Shown here: piece by piece, positions 1 through 10,018 of the stretch
Position numbering within the stretch: position 1 is the first letter of the stretch
Layout: each line of letters opens with the position of its first letter
IMG/VR virus record: IMGVR_UViG_3300011116_001048
Location: 32,001 to 96,000 of that record
DNA: 64,000 nt
From: a virus
Strand: one strand, 5' to 3'
Made by a program: the position numbers and the translations under genes
Notes under the pieces: model-generated
Databases searched by the model: none
The model's input: only the letters and a program-made list of their open reading frames with translations
Told to the model about the DNA's origin: nothing

Positions 1-1
1 C

Positions 2-2473
2 ACTGGTGTAACTTTTGCCGGTAATGTAAATTTCAACGGAACCGTTTCATTTACCACAGCACCAACCGTTTCGTCCATGGTTGTGGGAGTGACTCCAAAA
101 ATTACAGGTATCACTGCCGGTAACGTGGTTCGTGTATCCACCAACGGGTTAACTCTAGCAAAAGCAGACACCGCACAAAATGCAGAAGTTTTAGGAATTG
201 TTGTAGGCGAAAATGCATCGTCAAACATTGTTGCGGTTAGTGGTGTTATCAACAACACAACCTTTGCAAACACCATAGCCAATGCTTTACAGATCAGTGG
301 CGGCACACTGTCTCCCAATCAAGCGTACTTTTTGAGTCCTGATGTGGCCGGTGGTATTACCACCGTAGAACCCACGGCATTTAATACAGTATCAAAACCC
401 ATATTATTAGGCATTACTGGAAATGTTGGTTGCGTACTTCCGTATCGCGGGCAGCTAATAGGATTAAGTTCTGGTAGTAGTTCTAATGGCGGGTCAAAAC
501 GCGTAATTACCATAGACAAATCTGGATTTGATGCAGCGAATCTGGATACAACACAGTCAGTAAAAGTTGGAGATCTGGTTTTCTTTTTTAAAGACTCTTT
601 TGATGGCCAACAACAACTTTTACAAAGATTTGGTCCTGAATCATCTGAATACACATTAAGTTTTTTAAAATGGGCGGGCAAATTAGACGGTTGTGTATAC
701 AATACGTGTGGTATTTATGGTGCTCAATCATTAGGAGCATTACAAGAGATATTTACACCATACGATGACTTTATTTTGGGTTTGGTTAGTAAAGTTATTT
801 CTACATCCGCTACTGTTTTGACCGTAGAAGTCACACAGCCAGGTGGAAACTTTGATGTAAATACTGCAGATTTGGATGCACTTTTGTGGAGAGAGATTTT
901 TATAGAAAGTAGTGGATCTTATACATTACCATTTAATAGTTTTACGTTTACTAAATATACTAATTTAAATAGTAATTATCCAAAATTGTTTGATTTTATT
1001 AAAACTGGCCCAACCACAGCAAATATTAGTGTTTACGACGTTTCTCCCAGATCGTCTGTCGATGCTGTTACTGCAGCAACAGGCGTATTTAACCGTTTGG
1101 CAACACTGTTAGAAAACAGAATAGTGTCTGTAAACGGAGCATTAAACGCAAACCAGTACTCAAACACGTACACGTACGTCACAGGAAAACCACAAAAGTA
1201 CATAAATCCCATAACAGACGGCTGGTATTTTGTGACCACAGGAATAACGTATAACAATCTAAAAATAACTCCCGGTTTACCAAGCCAACCAATAAAAATT
1301 GACAAAATGGACTACGATTGGAGTCCATCAAAATGCCCAAATCTTCACTATTTTATAACAGGAGCAACACTAATTTCTGGTGTTTGTGGTGCGACGGGCT
1401 ACCAAAACGATTTAAAATCTATAATGCTTCCGTCTATTCAAAATATACGAAAATTTGATGCGGGAGACTTTTATTCTGGTACAAATTTAATAAAATTAAA
1501 ATTTAATTGTGCTACAGGACCAGGATATACAGGAACTTATCCAGGAATAACCCTCCAAGGTATTACTGTGTATGTGGATCGAACATACTACGCGGGTACA
1601 CAACATCCCGTAGGTCTTAGTGGGGCTATTGCGTTAAATAACTGGAGAGTTCTTAGATTGTATAATGTGCCCGGGGTTGATGGTGTAGAAAGGCAAGGAC
1701 CGCCAGCAATACCTTATGCGTTTATTCCGTTTGGTACTTCAAAAGAAATATCGTTTACTGTGAATGACACGTATTATAACCCAAGTATATCTTGGTATAC
1801 TTTTGACAGGTCTGGACTTCCATCTGTAGTGTACTTTCCGTCAGGAATATCTCAAGACATGCAGCAGTATCGTGAAACTTATTACAAGCGAAACGATGTC
1901 TGGGTAGGAACTTCCATATGGATGGAACCGTGGGCAGAACAGTTTGGTTTAAATATAGTAAGTCTTTCAGAATCTTTAACTCCATATGAAGGAAAATTAA
2001 GCGGAGCATCTCTGGCTGCATTTGATTATAAAACCGCCCAGCGGTATTATTTAAGAACGTATCCTGCAGGAGTAACAACAGGATTTCCAGAAACTGCCAG
2101 TTTAAATTACACAGAATTGTTATTAGGCAATTTAAGCACACAAAAACAGTACAAAATAAATTTTCCTGTAAAAACTGTTATTGTTCCTACAGGTATTACT
2201 CTTTATTCTCCCGTGTCTGGAACAGCAAACGAAGCGTATAACGTAAACGCAAGTAACGACATGCGAGAAACCGCAGGAAGTCTTAAAAATTTACCGTGGA
2301 GTACTGCATCAACAACCAGGACTTCTTTGACCACAAATAATATTACAGTTGCTGGTTACAATAAAGGTGCTATGACAGTACAGATTAATGATGGTGCGGA
2401 AAGTTTAGATTCATTACGATTCCACTACGTTGTTGACGCAACGTATAAAGATCAGCTTGAGCCCGGTTCTTAA
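2..2473 (+). CDS. Virion structural/fibre-like protein, 5'-truncated by the window edge
   Basis: The frame is open from base 2 through the ORF-track start at 77. The protein is Gly/Thr/Ser-rich, its N-terminal domain (G.V.R..NG.TLA.A....AEVLG.V) is paralogous to the next ORF, and it lies just upstream of the neck genes. Confidence 0.55.
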   Translation, partial: TGVTFAGNVNFNGTVSFTTAPTVSSMVVGVTPKITGITAGNVVRVSTNGLTLAKADTAQNAEVLGIVVGENASSNIVAVSGVINNTTFANTIANALQISGGTLSPNQAYFLSPDVAGGITTVEPTAFNTVSKPILLGITGNVGCVLPYRGQLIGLSSGSSSNGGSKRVITIDKSGFDAANLDTTQSVKVGDLVFFFKDSFDGQQQLLQRFGPESSEYTLSFLKWAGKLDGCVYNTCGIYGAQSLGALQEIFTPYDDFILGLVSKVISTSATVLTVEVTQPGGNFDVNTADLDALLWREIFIESSGSYTLPFNSFTFTKYTNLNSNYPKLFDFIKTGPTTANISVYDVSPRSSVDAVTAATGVFNRLATLLENRIVSVNGALNANQYSNTYTYVTGKPQKYINPITDGWYFVTTGITYNNLKITPGLPSQPIKIDKMDYDWSPSKCPNLHYFITGATLISGVCGATGYQNDLKSIMLPSIQNIRKFDAGDFYSGTNLIKLKFNCATGPGYTGTYPGITLQGITVYVDRTYYAGTQHPVGLSGAIALNNWRVLRLYNVPGVDGVERQGPPAIPYAFIPFGTSKEISFTVNDTYYNPSISWYTFDRSGLPSVVYFPSGISQDMQQYRETYYKRNDVWVGTSIWMEPWAEQFGLNIVSLSESLTPYEGKLSGASLAAFDYKTAQRYYLRTYPAGVTTGFPETASLNYTELLLGNLSTQKQYKINFPVKTVIVPTGITLYSPVSGTANEAYNVNASNDMRETAGSLKNLPWSTASTTRTSLTTNNITVAGYNKGAMTVQINDGAESLDSLRFHYVVDATYKDQLEPGS

Positions 2474-2492
2474 TTGTATAAAGAAAAAATAA

Positions 2493-3626
2493 ATGCCTAC
2501 ATCTTCAAGTCAAAACACAACAGTATATTCTCCGTACATAGTACTACAACAAAGCCCGTCTCGTGTTGCTATAAATTTATTAAATACAGACGGAATAACC
2601 TTTGTCGGGTTAACTCTAGGAGACGTAATCAGATATGATGCAATTAATGGTGGTTACACTTTAGCTATTGCTACTTCCGAAGCAAATGCAGAAGTTTTAG
2701 GTGTAGTAGAAAGTATTTCCACGACTAGTTGTACCGTTGTTACTTCTGGTTCTATAAAATACCCATCAGTACGTCTTAGTGGTATAACTTACGGTGGTGA
2801 TGGTGGAGTAGATATTTTATATCTAGACGAAACTGTTCGTGGAGGATTGACTGGTGCTGTAATAGTGGGCCTTACATCAGGTCAAAAAATTGTAAAACCT
2901 GTTATACAAGTCGCACCACACGGGCAGTACAATGGAATTGTAGTAAATTATCCTGGCTATAAATCGTGGTATACTCCTTCCACCGCAGAAGAAGGGGTTG
3001 TTTTAGCTCCTGGTGCTATTGTGTTTGCTGTTAATTCCGTGTCTCCGGGTCCAAATTGGTTGAACGTTTCAAACGATCTAACCGTTTCTGTCACTGCATA
3101 TCCTAATTTATATTCCATATACGCAAACAAAACAGATTTTATTGAAACAACAAAAATCTCATATGGAGCAATTTCTTCAGCATTAATAGGAAAAGAAGCG
3201 TATCAATTAGGAGGACTTAACAATACAACTAAAATAAACACAGGAACAGTTGTTGATGTTAATTTGTCTTCTGGATCTTTGGATATTAAAAAACTTGTTG
3301 GCACTTCACAGATGGATCCGGCCAAAATTTTATATATTACCACAGACACAAATCCGTTTAGTATATCTAATTCCAGTATTAGCAAAATAATTATACCTGC
3401 TGTTTCTTCAGGCAATCTGCCCTCGCAAAATGGTGTAACATTGGCCCCATATATCAAAGCATACGAAAGTATAAAAACCTTTATACCAAGTACTTTAAAA
3501 ATTGATAAATTAGTTGTTGATACCATTGCTCAGATTGGTACTGTTACAGACGTTCAACAAAAATTTAATACAATAGATTCTAAACTTAATGCAATTAATG
3601 CACGTTTAGGTGGTGGATTGTTTTAA
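2493..3626 (+). CDS. Virion structural protein (cement/fibre-like domain), paralogue of the upstream ORF
   Basis: Shares the motifs TLA.A...NAEVLGVV, YL.....GG.T and KP......G with the upstream ORF, and ends in a short heptad-like helix (VQQKFNTIDSKLNAINARL). Confidence 0.5.
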   Translation: MPTSSSQNTTVYSPYIVLQQSPSRVAINLLNTDGITFVGLTLGDVIRYDAINGGYTLAIATSEANAEVLGVVESISTTSCTVVTSGSIKYPSVRLSGITYGGDGGVDILYLDETVRGGLTGAVIVGLTSGQKIVKPVIQVAPHGQYNGIVVNYPGYKSWYTPSTAEEGVVLAPGAIVFAVNSVSPGPNWLNVSNDLTVSVTAYPNLYSIYANKTDFIETTKISYGAISSALIGKEAYQLGGLNNTTKINTGTVVDVNLSSGSLDIKKLVGTSQMDPAKILYITTDTNPFSISNSSISKIIIPAVSSGNLPSQNGVTLAPYIKAYESIKTFIPSTLKIDKLVVDTIAQIGTVTDVQQKFNTIDSKLNAINARLGGGLF

Positions 3627-3674
3627 TTAAAAATTTGTTGGTGTGATTGATATATACTTGTAGGAGTTTATATT

Positions 3675-4199
3675 ATGGGTTGTAATTGCAATAAAAACAA
3701 GCAAAACAATATTCAGTTTAGACAAGAAACTACTAATCAAAAGGTAGAAAGTATTCTGTCCAAAAAGATAGGCATGGTACAGAGTTTTGCTACAGCTTTG
3801 GCGTCTCGTGGTTTATCAAATCATAAAATAAACACACCAGCTAAACAGTTACGTGTTCTTAGTTGTTTTGGTAATCAACATACGGGAGGAGAACTTCTCC
3901 CGTGTCAACATCTAAAAGAAAGTGAAACTCCGGGAAAGCACTTCTGTGGTGGTTGTGGTTGTGGCGACAAACCCCACACATGGTTAATGGCTCAAGATCA
4001 AGAATACAGTAAATTAGACTACCCAAAACTAAACTGTCCGCTAAATATGCCTGGATTTACTAATTACGAACCCAGCAAACCGGATGAAGCAAACGAACCT
4101 ATAAGCAGACGATATTACATAGAAAATATTGATTACAGTGAAATTGCCAAAATTTTAGTGAGTCTTCCAGAAAAGAAGGAAGAACCTCCACAATCTTAA
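3675..4199 (+). CDS. Cys-rich hypothetical protein
   Basis: TAGGAG RBS upstream. Cys motifs are MGCNCN, SC, PC, FCGGCGCGD and NCP. Confidence 0.7.
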   Translation: MGCNCNKNKQNNIQFRQETTNQKVESILSKKIGMVQSFATALASRGLSNHKINTPAKQLRVLSCFGNQHTGGELLPCQHLKESETPGKHFCGGCGCGDKPHTWLMAQDQEYSKLDYPKLNCPLNMPGFTNYEPSKPDEANEPISRRYYIENIDYSEIAKILVSLPEKKEEPPQS

Positions 4200-4210
4200 A
4201 TTAATTTTGC

Positions 4211-4218
4211 CATAAATA
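4211..4218 (+). promoter_or_regulatory. T4-type late promoter (CATAAATA) upstream of gp13
   Basis: Matches the T4 late consensus TATAAATA at 7/8, is intergenic, and is followed by an AAGGAAG RBS. Confidence 0.65.
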
Positions 4219-4235
4219 CTGTTAAGGAAGTATAA

Positions 4236-5036
4236 ATGGCAAAACCTAATTCAAGACAAGCAATAATTGAATATGCTTACAGACAACTGGGTTCTCCGGT
4301 TATCGATATAAACGTAGATTGGCAACAAGCCGAAGACCGTTTAGACGATGCTTTACAATATTTTACTGAACGCCATTTTGATGGTGTTGAAAAGGTATTC
4401 TTTAAATATCAGTTAACACAAAACGATATTACCAATCGATACATCAATACCGAAGACATCCTTTCTCCAAATGAGGTTGATGGTCCTACAGGTAAAGAAA
4501 TAGTGTCTGTAATTAAAGTAATGCAATTTGGTCAGTTTACAAACATTAATATGTTTGATGTACGATACCAATTAGCCCTAACCGATTACTTTGGTATCAA
4601 TAGAAATCTTAGTGGTACTTATTCTATGGGCCTTGCATCATACGATGCCACAAAGAGATACATTCAATTAATTCAAGATCTATTTCAACCCGAAAAAGCA
4701 GTAGTGTTTAGTAAAGTAACAAATAGACTGTATCTAGACATGAATTGGGATGCTGAAACTAAAGCAGGAGACTGGATTTGTATCTGGGCATACGCTGCTT
4801 TAGATCCAGAAAAATACACAGAAATTTTTAATGACCGATATTTAAAACGATACGTGACTGCACTAATTAAACGCCAATGGGGTGCAAACATGGCAAAGTT
4901 TGATGGTGTTGCTCTTCCCGGTGGTGTTACTATGCGTGGTGGTCAAATATACGCAGAAGCAAACGCAGAAATTGCAGCGATTGAACAACAAATTCAGCGC
5001 GAATACGAACTGCCAGTTGATTTCATGACAGGCTAA
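4236..5036 (+). CDS. gp13: Neck protein gp13
   Basis: Motifs LG.PVIDINVD..Q.EDR.DDALQYF.E.HFDG and LIKRQWG.NM.KF.GV.LPGGVT; T4 synteny. Confidence 0.93.
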   Translation: MAKPNSRQAIIEYAYRQLGSPVIDINVDWQQAEDRLDDALQYFTERHFDGVEKVFFKYQLTQNDITNRYINTEDILSPNEVDGPTGKEIVSVIKVMQFGQFTNINMFDVRYQLALTDYFGINRNLSGTYSMGLASYDATKRYIQLIQDLFQPEKAVVFSKVTNRLYLDMNWDAETKAGDWICIWAYAALDPEKYTEIFNDRYLKRYVTALIKRQWGANMAKFDGVALPGGVTMRGGQIYAEANAEIAAIEQQIQREYELPVDFMTG

Positions 5037-5037
5037 T

Positions 5038-5967
5038 ATGGCAATCAATCCGTACTTTAAAGATTATTCTGGCGAGCAAGATCTAACAGAAGATCTAACC
5101 ATTGAAATTATCAAAACAATGGGTAGAGATATGATGTATATTCCCAGAAATATTGTGGAACTAGACAAAATTTTTGGTGAAGGAAAACAAGTAAACTATA
5201 AAAATGCTATTCCTATTGAAATGTATATTGATTCTGTTTCTGGATTTCAGGGGCAAGGCGATATAGCCAGCAAATTTGGTATAGAAATTAAAGATAACGT
5301 GTTTTTAACTTTATCAAAAAAACGTTTTACTCAAGAAGTTCAGACTCGTTTTCCGTCAATAACGAGACCACGTGAAGGGGATTTGGTATATTTTCCTCTT
5401 TCAAAATCCGTATTTGAAATTAATTTTGTGGAACACGAAAATCCTTTTTATCAGCACGGAAAATTACACTCGTATCGTTTAACATGTGAACTGTTCACTT
5501 ATAACGAAGAAAATGTAAATACTGGCAATACCGATATAGACGCAGTAGCAGAGGAAAACAAAGAATATGCTCGTCAACTGTATATGCTAGACGATGTAAA
5601 CGGAATAACTTTGTATGGCTACTATCCCGGAGAGCTTGTATATCAAGTTGACGGATTGAGTGGTGCTAATGCTAAACTAGAAAACGCAACAGCAACCGGT
5701 ATCGTGGCATTTGCTGATCGTGTTACCGGCTCTCTACAGCTAATCAATATTACAGGCAATTTCAAACAAGCAAACACAATAAAGGGAGTTCAAAGCAGTA
5801 TAGAGTGTGTTATGCAAACTGATGGTGGTCTTAGCTCCAATGCCGTTCTCAAGAATAGCGAAGACCGTACACCTCTTGGTGATAACGATGAACTAGAAAC
5901 CGAAAAAACTAAACTAGATATTTTTGATTTTACTGATGTAGATCCGTTCTCTGAGGGCAAATACTAA
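5038..5967 (+). CDS. gp14: Neck protein gp14
   Basis: Motifs NPYF...EQ.L.EDL..E.IK..G, SKFGIEIKD, RPREGDL.YFP, FEI.FVEHE.PFYQ.GK and C-terminal DPFSE. Confidence 0.93.
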   Translation: MAINPYFKDYSGEQDLTEDLTIEIIKTMGRDMMYIPRNIVELDKIFGEGKQVNYKNAIPIEMYIDSVSGFQGQGDIASKFGIEIKDNVFLTLSKKRFTQEVQTRFPSITRPREGDLVYFPLSKSVFEINFVEHENPFYQHGKLHSYRLTCELFTYNEENVNTGNTDIDAVAEENKEYARQLYMLDDVNGITLYGYYPGELVYQVDGLSGANAKLENATATGIVAFADRVTGSLQLINITGNFKQANTIKGVQSSIECVMQTDGGLSSNAVLKNSEDRTPLGDNDELETEKTKLDIFDFTDVDPFSEGKY

Positions 5968-6641
5968 TGTTTACGCACTATAAAAATGACAGTATCAGAA
6001 AATTAGTAATTGCTTTTGGTAGTCTTTTTAATAATATTAAATTAGAACAAAAAGACGAAAACGGAAATCAGCGACTGTTCACCGTTCCTCTTTCATATGC
6101 AGCAAAAGAAAAATTTGTAAAACGTTTAACAGAGCCAAGTTCTATTAGCGACAAAACGCGTATACAACTATCTTTACCACGAATGTCGTTTGAATTATTA
6201 GGTTTAGTGTACGACAATACACGAAAATTTAATAAAATGAATAAAATTGCCGATTGTAATTCCACCAACGGTTCGTACACATATTCTCCAGTTCCATACA
6301 ATTTTACATTTGGATTAAACGTTTTTACGCGAAATTTTGAAGAAAACTTACAAATAATGGAACAAATATTACCGTATTTTTCTCCAGAATTTATAGTTTC
6401 TATAAAAATGAACTCTATATTTCCCAGTGTGGACGTTCCTCTAGCTATTGCTAACACAACACTAACCCAGGAATATGAAAGCGATTTTAGCACTAGGCGA
6501 TTTATTGTTAGTACTTATCAGTTTGTGGCAAAATCGTATGTTTACGGAGAAATTCGTACAAAATACACTATTAATGATATTAACTTTAAAATGTATGATT
6601 TTAATGGACTGACGTTTTCTTCGTTTGGTATAACCGGATAA
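5967..6641 (+). CDS. gp15: Tail sheath stabiliser / tail terminator gp15
   Basis: Motifs IRK.VIAFG.LFNNI, VPLSYA.KEKF..RL, LPRMSFE, PVPYN and QI.EQILPYF.P. Confidence 0.92.
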   Translation: MFTHYKNDSIRKLVIAFGSLFNNIKLEQKDENGNQRLFTVPLSYAAKEKFVKRLTEPSSISDKTRIQLSLPRMSFELLGLVYDNTRKFNKMNKIADCNSTNGSYTYSPVPYNFTFGLNVFTRNFEENLQIMEQILPYFSPEFIVSIKMNSIFPSVDVPLAIANTTLTQEYESDFSTRRFIVSTYQFVAKSYVYGEIRTKYTINDINFKMYDFNGLTFSSFGITG

Positions 6642-6644
6642 ATA
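6637..6644 (+). promoter_or_regulatory. Late promoter-like GATAAATA, 6 nt before the gp16 ATG
   Basis: 7/8 match to TATAAATA; no Shine-Dalgarno between it and the ATG at 6651. Confidence 0.5.
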
Positions 6645-6650
6645 TAATGT

Positions 6651-7100
6651 ATGGAATCTTCTGATATTATTTCTGAAAATTTAGGTATTGAATTTAAAGA
6701 ATCAACACCAACACCAATAATAAAAAAACCAGAAACTACTTCTGGTATTAGTTTAGATGCGGATTTTAATTATGTTCGTGAAAATATCAAAGGATTGATT
6801 GATAATGGGTCTTGTGCTATAGACGAAATACTAAAGGTAGCAAAGGCGGGTGACTCCCCACGAGCATACGAAGTACTTGGTCAATTATTAAAAACTGTAT
6901 CAGAAATGAATAAAGATCTGATTGACCTGTATCAAAAAACTAAACACGTCAAAAAAGAAGAGATCAAAGTTAATAACACAACAAATAATTCAATATATGT
7001 GGGCTCTACAAGCGAACTGCAAGATCTTATCAATAAAGATCGTAGTAGAAGAAAAGCACTAGACAGTCAACATTTTTTAGACGGTAACAATGGGATATAA
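6651..7100 (+). CDS. gp16: Terminase small subunit gp16
   Basis: Motifs D..YVRENI..LI..G, SPRAYEV.GQL.K and NNSIYVGST.ELQ.LI; directly upstream of the large subunit. Confidence 0.88.
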   Translation: MESSDIISENLGIEFKESTPTPIIKKPETTSGISLDADFNYVRENIKGLIDNGSCAIDEILKVAKAGDSPRAYEVLGQLLKTVSEMNKDLIDLYQKTKHVKKEEIKVNNTTNNSIYVGSTSELQDLINKDRSRRKALDSQHFLDGNNGI

Positions 7101-8769
7101 AAAAAAATCAGGATATCTTGGTAATCCCAATCTTAAAGAGATTGGTACCGAAATACAGTTTACAAAAGAGCAGGTTGAAGAATATATTAAATGCTCTAAT
7201 GATCCTGTTTATTTTATTAAAAAATATATTAAGATTGTAACTACAGATAAAGGACTTGAATCGTTCGGATTATACGATTATCAAGAAGATATCGTAAACA
7301 CCATTCAGAATAATCGGTTTGTTATTGCAAAGCTGCCACGCCAGACAGGCAAGAGCACAACAACCGTTGCGTGGATGGTTCATTATCTGGTCTTTAATCA
7401 AAACGTAAATATAGCCATTCTTGCAAACAAAATGAAAACGGCTATGGAGATCATGAAACGTTTAAAAGAAGCGTATGAGTATCTTCCTAAATGGTTACAA
7501 CATGGCGTTGTAGAGTGGAACAAGACTTCTATTCAGCTAGAAAACGGATCCCGTGTAATGGCGTCCGCAACATCTGCATCTGCCGTTCGTGGTGGTTCAT
7601 ACAACGTGATATTCATGGATGAGTTTGCTCACGTTCCTGCTAATATTGCTGACGAATTCTTTAGTTCCGTATACCCAACTATTACTTCGGGTCAAACCAC
7701 CAAAGTTATTATAGTATCCACTCCAAACGGCTTAAACATGTTTTATAACCTTTGGCAAGGAGCTAATCGCAAACCCGGTGAAGAAGGCAAAAACGAATAT
7801 GTGCCCATCGAAGTTCATTGGAGTGAAGTTCCCCTGTATCCGGGTGGTCCATTACGCGATCAAAAATGGAAAGAACGAACCATCAAACAGTTAGGTGGTG
7901 GTTCTGGTGGAGAACAAAAGTTTAAAAGCGAGTACGATTGCGATTTTATTGGTTCTTCTAATACTCTTATTTCCACAGCAAAATTACACACTTTAGTTGC
8001 CAAAACACCGGAGTCAAGAATGGCAGAAGGGCTTTGGGTCTACGAAGAACCCAAATCTAATCGAGTGTATGTAATGACTGCGGACACTTCTCGTGGGCAA
8101 GGAAAAGATTATAGTGCTGCTATTGTTTTTGATATAACAGAAACCCCGTATCGTATTGTAGCAAGATATAGAAATAATATTATATCTCCTATGTTATACC
8201 CAACAATACTAGCTGCCTTGGGCAGAAAATACAATAATGCATACATGTTGGTTGAGGTTAATGATATTGGAGGGCAGGTAGCGGATATTTTACATTATGA
8301 TTTGGAATACGAAAATTTACTAACAAGCATGAATAAAGGCCGTGCTGGTATGGTTTTAAATGGTGGATTTGGTAGAGGCGAAACTTTACTGGGCGTTCGA
8401 ACAACGGCTGTAGTTAAAAAATTAGGCTGTTCTATTCTTAAAAGTCTTATAGAACAAGACAAATTGATAATACAAGACGAGGACACCATAAAAGAACTGT
8501 TATCATTTGTTGCAAAATGGAATAGTTTTTCTGCGGATGATGGTCACACCGACGATCTTGTTATGTGTTTAGTTTTGTTTTCTTGGGTAACCAAACAGCC
8601 ATATTTTAAAGAAATTACAAACATTGATATTCGAAAAGAATTGTTTGACGGAGAAATCAAAAAAATCGAAGATGATGATTGGTTTAGTTTTGGATTTATT
8701 TCCACAATTGACGACAATCCTCGGGCTCCAACAAAAACTGAAGACGGAGAGACTTGGTTTATGGCTTAA
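7090..8769 (+). CDS. gp17: Terminase large subunit gp17
   Basis: Walker A-type PRQTGKST, adenine-binding YDYQ, Walker B IFMDEFAHV, STPNG, and nuclease motifs DTSRG.G.DYSA and HTDDLVM. Confidence 0.97.
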   Translation: MGYKKKSGYLGNPNLKEIGTEIQFTKEQVEEYIKCSNDPVYFIKKYIKIVTTDKGLESFGLYDYQEDIVNTIQNNRFVIAKLPRQTGKSTTTVAWMVHYLVFNQNVNIAILANKMKTAMEIMKRLKEAYEYLPKWLQHGVVEWNKTSIQLENGSRVMASATSASAVRGGSYNVIFMDEFAHVPANIADEFFSSVYPTITSGQTTKVIIVSTPNGLNMFYNLWQGANRKPGEEGKNEYVPIEVHWSEVPLYPGGPLRDQKWKERTIKQLGGGSGGEQKFKSEYDCDFIGSSNTLISTAKLHTLVAKTPESRMAEGLWVYEEPKSNRVYVMTADTSRGQGKDYSAAIVFDITETPYRIVARYRNNIISPMLYPTILAALGRKYNNAYMLVEVNDIGGQVADILHYDLEYENLLTSMNKGRAGMVLNGGFGRGETLLGVRTTAVVKKLGCSILKSLIEQDKLIIQDEDTIKELLSFVAKWNSFSADDGHTDDLVMCLVLFSWVTKQPYFKEITNIDIRKELFDGEIKKIEDDDWFSFGFISTIDDNPRAPTKTEDGETWFMA

Positions 8770-8780
8770 CCTCCTAAAAA

Positions 8781-8788
8781 TATAAATA
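8781..8788 (+). promoter_or_regulatory. T4-type late promoter TATAAATA upstream of gp18
   Basis: Exact consensus, intergenic, followed by an AGGAGA RBS. Confidence 0.75.
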
Positions 8789-8818
8789 TTATGTAAATTA
8801 GACATTTTAGGAGAAAAA

Positions 8819-10006
8819 ATGCCAGTAACTACACAAAATAACGTTTTTACTTCCACAACATTCAGTGAAGCAGCTTCTCCACTGGTGGCTGGTGTGGTTT
8901 CTTTTAGAGGATTAGTTCAACTGTTTGGTAAAACTGGAAGTAATGGTACATCTGAAGTAGAAATTGGTTTAATGGGCGTTTCTAGCGTAAACGAATGGTT
9001 TAGCAGACTATATTCCAGCAGTGTTGGTGTGTCTGGTCCAACCGGATCTTGGGCTGGCGAATGGTGGGCAGTTCATAATTATTTACAATACGGTGGTGTC
9101 TGTTTAGTAGGTGCCACTGGTTCAACCGGTGATTATTATAGCGCAAATGGTGTATTAGGAATCACCAAAACCCCACTCCACAACAAATCTTTAGCATCTA
9201 TTGATGTGGTTTTTGAAGCAGGAAATACATTCTCAGTTGGTGCTGCCGTAGATATTGCAACAAATAGAAAAGATTGTATTGCCATAATTGGTAATATCAA
9301 TAAAATAACAGGAATTCCTCTAAGCACAACTTATACTAATCAACTATTAGATTTTGGTACAAACGCAACCAGTGAATACGTGGTTTACGTTGCTGGTAGA
9401 AAGAAATTTACTGCTGGTGTTGGTACCGACGTAATTATTTTAGAAAACAATCTAAGTCCAGATGTTGCTGGTTGTATGGCTCGTTCTGCCAGAGATTTTA
9501 CTATTTGGTCGTCGCCTGCAGGAAAAACCCGTGGACGAATATTAGGAGTTATTGCTTTACAACAAACATTTAACGAGACAGATTCAGATTATTTAGTTGC
9601 AGGAAATGTAAATCCTGTAATGGTTCTTCCCGGAGAAGGAACATTTTTAATGGGTAATGAAACCTCATACACTAGTACTGGTTCATTAAGTAAGATTAGC
9701 ACCACTAGTATGGTTGCATACCTGAAAAAACAACTACTATCTGTCGCTCAAGGGTTACTGTTTGAAGTAAATGATGCCAGTACTCGTCAAAGAATGGTGT
9801 CTTCAGCTACACCCATTTTAGAATCAATTAAATCTGGAAATGGAATTACAGATTATCGTGTGGTTTGTGATGACACCAACAACACGAGCACAACAATCTC
9901 TCAAAATAAACTAGTTGTAGACGTGTACGTTAAACCAACATTTACAGCAGAAACACTGGTAATTACCATTATAAATACTACAACTTCTCAAGCATTTAGT
10001 GGCTGA
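8819..10006 (+). CDS. gp18: Tail sheath protein gp18 (short, divergent)
   Basis: Motifs NYLQYGG, RKDCIA, LSPDVAG..AR, W.SPAG..RG, NPV...PGEG, LFE.ND..TR and DY.VVCD.TNNT....QN.LV.DVYVKP; sits between gp17 and gp19. Confidence 0.88.
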   Translation: MPVTTQNNVFTSTTFSEAASPLVAGVVSFRGLVQLFGKTGSNGTSEVEIGLMGVSSVNEWFSRLYSSSVGVSGPTGSWAGEWWAVHNYLQYGGVCLVGATGSTGDYYSANGVLGITKTPLHNKSLASIDVVFEAGNTFSVGAAVDIATNRKDCIAIIGNINKITGIPLSTTYTNQLLDFGTNATSEYVVYVAGRKKFTAGVGTDVIILENNLSPDVAGCMARSARDFTIWSSPAGKTRGRILGVIALQQTFNETDSDYLVAGNVNPVMVLPGEGTFLMGNETSYTSTGSLSKISTTSMVAYLKKQLLSVAQGLLFEVNDASTRQRMVSSATPILESIKSGNGITDYRVVCDDTNNTSTTISQNKLVVDVYVKPTFTAETLVITIINTTTSQAFSG

Positions 10007-10018
10007 TAAGGAATTTCA

